IMG/VR virus record: IMGVR_UViG_3300032227_000922
Location: 6,116-70,115 of that record
Reading direction: 5' to 3' (one strand)
Source of the DNA: a virus
Lineage: Duplodnaviria > Caudoviricetes
DNA length: 64,000 nt
In this document: positions 1 to 6,648 of the stretch, in pieces
Position numbering within the stretch: position 1 is the first letter of the stretch
Layout: each line of letters begins with the position of its first letter
Position numbers and translations under genes: made by a program
The notes under the pieces: model-generated
The model's input: only the letters and a program-made list of their open reading frames with translations
Databases searched by the model: none
What the model was told of the DNA's origin: nothing

Positions 1-1
1 A

Positions 2-238
2 ATGAAAAAAACAACAAGCAAGGATTTCTACCCGAGCCACGAGGCTGCACTTCAATCCAAAACCCACGCCGCAAGACGACCAAGCGGCGTGCAATCGTTA
101 GCACAGGGACTTTGGAACTCAGCCCTCAGAAAGAAAGGAAAAATCAGCGATGAGCTTTTTATCGCGCACGAGTCACTGATTGTAGCAGCAGATGAGATTG
201 AAAAGCTGCAACGCGAACTGGCCGCGCTGGTATCTTAA
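2..238 (+). CDS. hypothetical phage protein
   Basis: 78-aa ORF, same strand as neighbours, helical C-terminus. Confidence 0.6.
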   Translation: MKKTTSKDFYPSHEAALQSKTHAARRPSGVQSLAQGLWNSALRKKGKISDELFIAHESLIVAADEIEKLQRELAALVS

Positions 239-269
239 AATGCAGAAGTAAGTCAACCCCTAACATTAT

Positions 270-482
270 ATGAACCCTAAAATATTATTAAAGGAAGTCG
301 CCGACTGCCTCACCTTTGCGCTCAAACAATCCGATCACGCGGGACATGGCGGGTATACGGCCATCACTCGCGCACGGGCCAAGACGCTGCTTAACGACAT
401 CCGGAAATGTCTGCACGAGGAGAAACTGCCGCCGAAGTTGAAGCGTAAAGACGAACCCGCCTGGCTCACCCGACCAGAATGA
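270..482 (+). CDS. hypothetical phage protein
   Basis: 70-aa ORF with A/C-rich leader; ATGA overlap with the next gene. Confidence 0.65.
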   Translation: MNPKILLKEVADCLTFALKQSDHAGHGGYTAITRARAKTLLNDIRKCLHEEKLPPKLKRKDEPAWLTRPE

Positions 483-700
483 GAATCAAAGACCTAAAAC
501 CCTGGAGGGATTACCCCGACCTCGGGTTCACTCTTGGCTTCGAGTTGGAAGACGACCTAATGTACCCGGGAGAAACTCCATTCCGGCACTACTGCTGGTT
601 GGGTAAACGGGGGCGCACCCTTCAGCTCAACTATTCGTGCCCACCTCTGACGGAGGAAGAGCGGTCCCTCCTGACGGCACACCTTCGGCTGCTCTCATGA
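479..700 (+). CDS. small protein ending EEERSLLTAHLRLLS
   Basis: ATGA overlaps at both ends; C-terminus shared with 697..906. Confidence 0.7.
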   Translation: MRIKDLKPWRDYPDLGFTLGFELEDDLMYPGETPFRHYCWLGKRGRTLQLNYSCPPLTEEERSLLTAHLRLLS

Positions 701-906
701 CCACCATACACAACATCCAGTATTACGAAAAATTATCCCGAGAGATGGGCCAACCCGTCGTAACCTTCCGAATACGTGGGGACTCCACGCTATACCGGGC
801 TACAAGACGTGGTTTCAACCCCGAACTCCTGAATACGGATTATCTGTGGGATCTGTCCGAAGAGGAAGAGCGTCTACTAAAGGCACACCTTCGGCTGCTT
901 TCTTAG
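697..906 (+). CDS. small protein ending EEEERLLKAHLRLLS
   Basis: Start reassigned to ATG 697 (ATGA overlap); paralogous C-terminus to 479..700. Confidence 0.7.
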   Translation: MTTIHNIQYYEKLSREMGQPVVTFRIRGDSTLYRATRRGFNPELLNTDYLWDLSEEEERLLKAHLRLLS

Positions 907-1267
907 CCTGAGCCCTGAGATACTTCACGCATTTCTCCACCATGTTGTCCAGCAGGTAAGCCGCCGCCTCCTCGGTACCGGCCTCCTCCTTGACTCCCTT
1001 GGCGTTGAGCACGTTGAAGGTAGCGTGGCACAGCTCATGGACAAGGATGCCCAGCCCCGCCGGGGTGTCCTCAAACCGGTGCATGAAGATCAAGTTCCCC
1101 GCCGTGGAGTAATACGTCACGGCATCGAAGCCCTCATACCCGTCCAGATCCAGCTCACCATCTATCTTCTTGCGCTTGGCCCACGCCAGAGCCTCTTCCT
1201 TGCTGCACGGGCAGAACAGGAACAGGGCGTCTTTGTACGGTTCGATGAGGAATTTCTTGGGTTTCAT
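815..1267 (-). CDS. zincin-like metallopeptidase domain protein
   Basis: ILVHELCH (HExxH) followed by EEAAAY; start at ATG 1267 overlaps the HNH stop codon. Confidence 0.65.
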   Translation of the reverse strand: MKPKKFLIEPYKDALFLFCPCSKEEALAWAKRKKIDGELDLDGYEGFDAVTYYSTAGNLIFMHRFEDTPAGLGILVHELCHATFNVLNAKGVKEEAGTEEAAAYLLDNMVEKCVKYLRAQAKKAAEGVPLVDALPLRTDPTDNPYSGVRG

Positions 1268-1674
1268 AAGGTTGGCTCCAGGTAAGCTCCGATGTCCAGC
1301 AACCCCGCGTGGCGTTCCCGGTGGCACCGGCAGCAAAGTAAAAGACACTTGGCGGCTTCAGCGGTTGCCTTGTGCAGGTACCCCCTCATGTCGCTTACAG
1401 CCATCACCTTGTCCTTCGGATCGATGTGATCGAACTCCAAAGCTTCCAGGCACTTATCGTACCCGCAGACTGAGCAAGCCGCCCCGTAGGCTTCTTTTAA
1501 GGTCTGGGAGATACGCCGCCTCCGCTTCCGGTTCCGTCCGACCACCTGGGCTTTTGCCCCGTCGGTCAAAAAGTAATGAACGGTAGATATAGAACAAGGA
1601 ATTGCCTTGGCGATGGCTTTGTAGCTCATCCCCCGCTTCCGCATAGCAATGATTTGTTCACCAAGTTTTGTCAC
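1264..1674 (-). CDS. HNH endonuclease with N-terminal HTH
   Basis: GMSYKAIAKAIPCSISTVHYFL HTH; CxxC...LEFDHIDP...LLCCRCH HNH/zinc motifs. Confidence 0.85.
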   Translation of the reverse strand: MTKLGEQIIAMRKRGMSYKAIAKAIPCSISTVHYFLTDGAKAQVVGRNRKRRRRISQTLKEAYGAACSVCGYDKCLEALEFDHIDPKDKVMAVSDMRGYLHKATAEAAKCLLLCCRCHRERHAGLLDIGAYLEPTL

Positions 1675-1745
1675 GAGTAACCAAAAAGTTAAACCCCCGG
1701 ATTATCCGGTCAACTATATTCACATGGCGCACCCATACCGCGCTA

Positions 1746-1774
1746 TTGACAATAAACCGCAACCGCCATACCAT
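1746..1774 (+). promoter_or_regulatory. sigma70-type promoter
   Basis: TTGACA-17 nt-TACCAT, 21 nt upstream of ORF 1796. Confidence 0.6.
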
Positions 1775-1795
1775 GGCCCACCCTAAGAAAAGAAA

Positions 1796-1990
1796 ATGAC
1801 CAACCTATTCAACAACGCCGCCCTTAAACGACACCTTCTTGAGCGCATCAAGCTCGTAAATCCGGGCCGTGGCGAAAAGTTCACCCGCGTCTCCGAGCAA
1901 GCAATTATCGACCTTGACACGCGTTTCCGAAAGGTTTGCGACGAGTATCTTCGATCCCAAACCACGGGAAAAACCATCACCACCCCCTGA
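1796..1990 (+). CDS. candidate histone-fold protein (bacterial-histone-like)
   Basis: Helix, then TRVS, then long helix (EQAIIDL...KVC...S), then GKTI; spacing recalls short bacterial histones. Confidence 0.45.
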   Translation: MTNLFNNAALKRHLLERIKLVNPGRGEKFTRVSEQAIIDLDTRFRKVCDEYLRSQTTGKTITTP

Positions 1991-1996
1991 CGCGGG

Positions 1997-2009
1997 GGTG
2001 TATGCAACC
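1997..2009. promoter_or_regulatory. 13-bp operator-like palindrome
   Basis: GGTGTATGCAACC, intergenic, matches GGTRT-N3-AYACC with mismatches. Confidence 0.5.
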
Positions 2010-2033
2010 ACAACCTAAACCATATAGACCATC

Positions 2034-2378
2034 ATGACCAAACCAGAATCAGCTCAAGTTATCATGCACTCTCTATTCAAGGAGGTTTGCCCGGACCGCG
2101 TAGACGAAATACTCGATCAAGTTTGCTCCTTTCTAGACGGAGACTCCGGAACCCTACAGGGGGACGCCGAAATAATGGGCTTCCTCAGTCGCAGCCTTCA
2201 GGACAAACCGCGCCACGGCGTTTACGAGACCGAGTGCGCGGGTCGCATTCACGTAGTCGGGGACGCCAAAAAAGTCATGGTCATGCCCGATATCATTTTC
2301 GCACAGGCCGCCGCTGGCTCGACCTGTTCGATCAACCAATCCTGCCAGCACACCCAAAACCCCAATGACACCAACTGA
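2034..2378 (+). CDS. hypothetical protein
   Basis: 114-aa ORF, co-oriented, overlaps the next gene. Confidence 0.65.
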   Translation: MTKPESAQVIMHSLFKEVCPDRVDEILDQVCSFLDGDSGTLQGDAEIMGFLSRSLQDKPRHGVYETECAGRIHVVGDAKKVMVMPDIIFAQAAAGSTCSINQSCQHTQNPNDTN

Positions 2379-2688
2379 ACTGTACATCCGCACCTTCCTC
2401 GCCGCCATCCACAGCATGGCAGAGGCGGTAACTCCGGTCCCCAAGGCCCCCTCGTACTCCGACGAGTTTCACCGCGAGGTTGTAAAGTCCGCCAGCCGAC
2501 TGGCAGAGACTGCCGTCAACTTCCACCTGGAGGCCTCCGAAGAGGAATGTGACTGCGGTTCCTGCGGCGAGGAAGAGGAAGATCCCGAGGTAGACTTCGC
2601 CGATGGGATGTCCGAGAAGGAACTGGTATCGTTTGCCAAGACCGTCCTTGAACGCGCTGGCTACGAACTCGAGATCGAGGAGGACTAA
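2365..2688 (+). CDS. hypothetical acidic protein
   Basis: 107 aa; CDCGSC plus acidic tract. Confidence 0.65.
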   Translation: MTPTELYIRTFLAAIHSMAEAVTPVPKAPSYSDEFHREVVKSASRLAETAVNFHLEASEEECDCGSCGEEEEDPEVDFADGMSEKELVSFAKTVLERAGYELEIEED

Positions 2689-2690
2689 CC

Positions 2691-2951
2691 ATGAGTGGAG
2701 CCTGGACCCGTAAGGAAGGTCAGAACCCCAAGGGCGGGCTGAATGCCAAGGGCCGTGCGTCTTACAACAAGGCGCACGGTGCCAACCTCAAGGCACCAGC
2801 ACCCAAGCCCAAGACCGAAAAAGATGCTGCAAGGCGGAAGTCTTTCTGTGCCCGGATGTCCGGCATGAAGGCCAAGCTGACCAGCGAGAAAACCAAGAAG
2901 GACCCCAACAGCCGCATCAACAAGTCCCTCCGGGCTTGGAACTGCAAATAA
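2691..2951 (+). CDS. DUF6321-like basic phage protein
   Basis: AWTRKEGQNPKGGLNAKGRASYN...RRKSFCARM...DPNSRINKSLRAWNC, recognised as a common aquatic-phage family. Confidence 0.8.
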   Translation: MSGAWTRKEGQNPKGGLNAKGRASYNKAHGANLKAPAPKPKTEKDAARRKSFCARMSGMKAKLTSEKTKKDPNSRINKSLRAWNCK

Positions 2952-2963
2952 AACCCCCCCCCC

Positions 2964-3218
2964 ATGCCAACCAAACGCGATTACAAAAAAGAGTACCGCG
3001 AGTACCACGCCAAGCCCGAGCAAATCAAGAACCGGGCCGCACGTAACCAGGCTCGCGCCGAGATGACCAAGAAGGTCGGTGCCTCTGCCATCCGTGGCAA
3101 AGACGTCGACCACAAGGTTCCTCTATCACGGGGCGGAAGCACCCGCACCAGCAACCTCCGAGTCCGATCCGTCCACGCCAATCGCGGGGACAAGTCAATG
3201 ATGAGGAAGAAATCGTAA
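2964..3218 (+). CDS. small HNH nuclease-like protein
   Basis: DVDHKVPLSRGG..SNLRV...HANR HNH signature. Confidence 0.8.
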   Translation: MPTKRDYKKEYREYHAKPEQIKNRAARNQARAEMTKKVGASAIRGKDVDHKVPLSRGGSTRTSNLRVRSVHANRGDKSMMRKKS

Positions 3219-3230
3219 CCCAACAGACCT

Positions 3231-3413
3231 ATGCTCGTTAAAATCAAAGACGTCCACGTCAACACCCAGCACATCAGCATGGTCGCTCTCAGGGGAACCA
3301 CCCTTGTGATCGACTTCGCCTATAGCAAACCAGAGGGACCTGTCTTCCTCGCTTTCGAGTTCGAGACCGAGTCGGAAGCCCAGGACAACCTCGACACACT
3401 TCTCAACGCATGA
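3231..3413 (+). CDS. hypothetical protein
   Basis: 60 aa; FETESEA motif; ATGA-coupled to the next gene. Confidence 0.65.
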   Translation: MLVKIKDVHVNTQHISMVALRGTTLVIDFAYSKPEGPVFLAFEFETESEAQDNLDTLLNA

Positions 3414-3736
3414 GTACAGACATCCACGACCAACAGGAAAAGCAAGACCTCGACCTCCAGCACGAAGTGGCGCAAGCCATCCTAAAAGCCGAGGAAGGCG
3501 GCAAGCTCGCCGGTGTCGAGGCCCCGGTCTACCGGTGCCACACCTTCCTTCCCACGAAGGCTGGTGACACCTACGCCAGGGCAATCACCCGCCAGCTCAA
3601 CCACCTTGCCAAGGCACTCGGAGTCCATGGATTTCAGGTGCTCTACAAGGAGGACACGCTCAAGGGCGACGGCACCCAACCCGACTCTGGTTACTTTCAG
3701 ATTCGGGTCTTCGCCGACGTACCCACCCAAAGCTGA
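3410..3736 (+). CDS. hypothetical protein
   Basis: 108-aa coupled ORF. Confidence 0.65.
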   Translation: MSTDIHDQQEKQDLDLQHEVAQAILKAEEGGKLAGVEAPVYRCHTFLPTKAGDTYARAITRQLNHLAKALGVHGFQVLYKEDTLKGDGTQPDSGYFQIRVFADVPTQS

Positions 3737-3802
3737 ACCCCAACCGAACGCCGGGTCCCAGGCGTGACCGCTCGGAGAGACGAGCACAATTCTTAAACAC
3801 CT

Positions 3803-4063
3803 ATGAAACCGACCATTCTACTAGCTCTACTGCTACCCTGCATCCCTGCAACCCTGCACGCCGGTGACAAAAACAAAGACAAGGACGACGACGACGTCCG
3901 GGTCGGCCGATACTACACCATCGACGCAAATGGCGAGCGTCACGGTCACTCCTACATCATTACTGGCCGCGAGGGCCTCGGCGTCGTCACCGGCGACGAC
4001 GGTAAAAAGAGCACCTACCTGGTGACCCCCGATATCACGGTTGAAACCAGCCGCGACCGCTAA
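3803..4063 (+). CDS. small secreted/periplasmic protein
   Basis: Sec-type signal MKPTILLALLLPCIPATLHA followed by a beta-rich domain. Confidence 0.65.
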   Translation: MKPTILLALLLPCIPATLHAGDKNKDKDDDDVRVGRYYTIDANGERHGHSYIITGREGLGVVTGDDGKKSTYLVTPDITVETSRDR

Positions 4064-4398
4064 TGGACCGCCCCCGCCACTACGCTCTCGACGAGCACGG
4101 GGAACCCAGGCCCGTCAGCAATGTCCTGGAGTGGGCCGAAGGGTTCGAGAAGCTAGACCGAGTCGTGTCTAAGACGGAAGTCTTAGGCCACGAGGTCAGC
4201 ACCGTCTTCCTCGGTCTCGACCACAACTACGAGGAGACCGGTGAACCTTTGATCTGGGAAACTATGGTCTTCGGACCCACCAGTCTCTGCGACCACTGCG
4301 AACGCTGCGGCGGACCCCGTGCCAATGCCATCGCCATGCACGAGAAGATGCTGGCAGATTTGCCAGTAATGATCGCCAAGGCGCGACTCACGCAATGA
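4063..4398 (+). CDS. conserved phage hypothetical protein, ends KARLTQ
   Basis: VSTVFLGLDH...PLIWETMVFG motif familiar from phage hypotheticals. Confidence 0.75.
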   Translation: MDRPRHYALDEHGEPRPVSNVLEWAEGFEKLDRVVSKTEVLGHEVSTVFLGLDHNYEETGEPLIWETMVFGPTSLCDHCERCGGPRANAIAMHEKMLADLPVMIAKARLTQ

Positions 4399-4670
4399 GC
4401 ACTACCTCCATCGTCTCTCTTGGTGCCGCTATGCACAACGCCGTTGCTGGGTGGAACAGCCTCCAGAAGAGTTACGTATATTACCACCACGACAAGGGTT
4501 ATCATGCAGTCTCTCGATATGCGCTGATACTAGATGGCACCCCTGATCCGGGCGTGCTCGTTATTGATGGCTCGGATACCCTCGATTTAGAGGGAGCAAA
4601 GCAACTGGCCAAACTCGCCAACGAGAAAGGTCTGGAAGTTGCCAAGGCCGCAGCCCGACTACTGCAATGA
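4395..4670 (+). CDS. RLLQ-array protein (ends AKAAARLLQ)
   Basis: ATGA-coupled; shared C-terminal motif. Confidence 0.75.
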   Translation: MSTTSIVSLGAAMHNAVAGWNSLQKSYVYYHHDKGYHAVSRYALILDGTPDPGVLVIDGSDTLDLEGAKQLAKLANEKGLEVAKAAARLLQ

Positions 4671-4888
4671 GCCTAACCCTGCCGCCCTGCTACTCGGTGT
4701 GGGAGGACTGGGAGAAGCACAAACAAATGCGCCCTGTCTACCACCTCATGCTGAACGACAAGGGTAACGCCAGCGGCTGGACCACGCTCCATACCTTCGA
4801 CGACATGGAGCAGGCTCACCGCGTCAAGAAGGTGGTCGAAGATGTCGGCCACGCCAACCTACAAGCTCTCATCCGACTACTACAATGA
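4667..4888 (+). CDS. RLLQ-array protein (ends LQALIRLLQ)
   Basis: ATGA-coupled; shared C-terminal motif. Confidence 0.75.
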   Translation: MSLTLPPCYSVWEDWEKHKQMRPVYHLMLNDKGNASGWTTLHTFDDMEQAHRVKKVVEDVGHANLQALIRLLQ

Positions 4889-5082
4889 CGTGTAAATATA
4901 TCGTGATGAGTGGTCACAACCCCAATCACAAAGGACAAGATCACTGCCTCATCATGTCATCCGACAAAGGGTTAGAGAACCTAGGAAATTTCAAAACCCG
5001 TGAAGACGCCGAACGCTTCAAGCGGGTCGCCGAGCAGTGCGGCCTTATCCACGCCAGGGCAATGATCCGGCTACTACGATGA
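4885..5082 (+). CDS. RLLQ-array protein (ends ARAMIRLLR)
   Basis: ATGA-coupled; GNFKTREDA plus shared C-terminal motif. Confidence 0.75.
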   Translation: MTCKYIVMSGHNPNHKGQDHCLIMSSDKGLENLGNFKTREDAERFKRVAEQCGLIHARAMIRLLR

Positions 5083-5432
5083 ACTCCCGACGACACCTTA
5101 AAGACCAAGCTCTCCTCGACTTACTTTCACAGAGCACCAATGCGCTGAACGCAAGGCTCGCGGCGGCTTACGCCAACCAATCCCCCTGGGTAAAACAGAT
5201 AGCCCCGAGGTCGCGTTACCTGATCCGCCAGATGTACCACGGCACCATGAACGGCACTCCGCTATACACGGCATGTCAGACTGGTGCGAAGCACCTCCTG
5301 CGCGGTGAACTCGTGAAGCCCAGCAACCCTGGCGGTTTTGTCTACGGCATCTGGGACTCCGACGAACGGAAACTGCTGTCGGTCTGGCCCAACAAGAAGC
5401 TGGCCGAGGGCGTATTACGATTAATGCAATGA
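5079..5432 (+). CDS. RLLQ-array protein (ends AEGVLRLMQ)
   Basis: Start reassigned to ATG 5079 (ATGA overlap). Confidence 0.75.
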   Translation: MNSRRHLKDQALLDLLSQSTNALNARLAAAYANQSPWVKQIAPRSRYLIRQMYHGTMNGTPLYTACQTGAKHLLRGELVKPSNPGGFVYGIWDSDERKLLSVWPNKKLAEGVLRLMQ

Positions 5433-5752
5433 AAGAACCCTATACCATCACCAACCCCTATTACCCCGACACTTGGAAATGCCTGCGTAGGATATTTCTA
5501 GGGATGTCACATACCTACGACGACGAACCCGAGGGCTCTGTGGATTGCTACCAGATTAACCGCGATCGCGTGGAGCCGTCGTATATCGTAGTTCACCGGT
5601 ATAAAAAATCAAAAACAAACCTAATTAATTCCAATCACTTCGCAGAGACCCTGGTCTCATATCAAACCCGCGAGCTTGCCGATACCTTGATGAACGTCAT
5701 CGAGGAAGGCGGCCTCAAGGCTGGGGAAGCCATGATCCGACTCATGCAATGA
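5429..5752 (+). CDS. RLLQ-array protein (ends GEAMIRLMQ)
   Basis: ATGA-coupled; shared C-terminal motif. Confidence 0.75.
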   Translation: MKEPYTITNPYYPDTWKCLRRIFLGMSHTYDDEPEGSVDCYQINRDRVEPSYIVVHRYKKSKTNLINSNHFAETLVSYQTRELADTLMNVIEEGGLKAGEAMIRLMQ

Positions 5753-6024
5753 AACAGTATATATTGATCAAACTCTGTAAAATGAGGAACCGCCGGAATG
5801 GACTGGAGGGCTATTTCAAGGCGGGAACCTCGATTATGAATTGGTCCGTAGTAGGTGATCCCCAATTGGCGATCGTCGAGAGAATAGATAATTCATTCCT
5901 GGACCCCATCGACAGACCCATAATCACCGGCATCGACTCCCCGCGTACAGCCGAACAGTTACGGAATATCTTAATCTCCAGCGGGGAAGGCGCGGCAAAA
6001 GCCGCAGCCCGCCTACTCCAATAG
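5749..6024 (+). CDS. RLLQ-array protein (ends AKAAARLLQ)
   Basis: ATGA-coupled; last 9 aa identical to those of 4395..4670. Confidence 0.75.
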   Translation: MKQYILIKLCKMRNRRNGLEGYFKAGTSIMNWSVVGDPQLAIVERIDNSFLDPIDRPIITGIDSPRTAEQLRNILISSGEGAAKAAARLLQ

Positions 6025-6026
6025 CC

Positions 6027-6206
6027 ATGGGAACCCCTGTACCAAAGCCGCCCCGCAGGGGGTTGATGAGGTTTCACATTTTGAGGAAACCCCACTTACC
6101 TGGGGAAGGCATATCCTATTACGTACGGGATCGGGATACCAAGGAAGAGTACGGCCCTTTCCCAACCCTCGAAGTTGCCTGCGCTACCCTGCGGTTACTC
6201 GAATGA
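6027..6206 (+). CDS. RLLQ-array protein (59 aa, ends GPFPTLEVACATLRLLE); not in ORF track
   Basis: Manually translated from ATG 6027 to TGA 6206. Confidence 0.65.
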   Translation: MGTPVPKPPRRGLMRFHILRKPHLPGEGISYYVRDRDTKEEYGPFPTLEVACATLRLLE

Positions 6207-6428
6207 GTGGCAGGTCTCCGGCCCCCAACCGTTCTGTCTGCACATCTCGTCCTGCAACCATGCAGCCAAGTTCTTGGGCATCCCCATCTTATTGGCCACA
6301 AGGTACCCCGTCACCTTCTCAAGAAGCTCGGGAAAAAACTCACCCTTAAACGTCACCCCGTGGACGGAGCATTTCCATCTCCATCCGCCGGGCGGCTCAA
6401 CCATCAAGCTGTTTAACACGTACCTCAT
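6195..6428 (-). CDS. hypothetical protein, last gene of the morphogenesis operon
   Basis: 77 aa, protein-like composition. Confidence 0.55.
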   Translation of the reverse strand: MRYVLNSLMVEPPGGWRWKCSVHGVTFKGEFFPELLEKVTGYLVANKMGMPKNLAAWLQDEMCRQNGWGPETCHSFE

Positions 6429-6429
6429 T

Positions 6430-6648
6430 ATGAAATGCTACCTCAAACACAAGGAATTGGAAGAGTTCGGCGGATACATACCCACCTCATTAACCCCCGC
6501 CCAGAAGCGCATGAACACGGCGTCAGCCATCCTATGCGGCATCCTGGCAGCACCGGTGTTTCTCCTGGGGCTGCTGTTTATCTGGACCTTCGGGGTTCCT
6601 TTGACCATAGCGGCGATCATCTGGCTTTTTTGGAAGGTCCGGAATTAG
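6430..6648 (+). CDS. small membrane protein in inverted orientation
   Basis: ATG 6430; long hydrophobic C-terminal half (ILCGILAAPVFLLGLLFIWTFGVPLTIAAIIWLFW). Confidence 0.55.
   Translation: MKCYLKHKELEEFGGYIPTSLTPAQKRMNTASAILCGILAAPVFLLGLLFIWTFGVPLTIAAIIWLFWKVRN

Noticed and set aside
815-906. Functional convergent overlap of the zincin C-terminus with ORF 697-906
   Set aside because: The overlapping tail looks like a non-conserved read-through extension; nothing supports a function.
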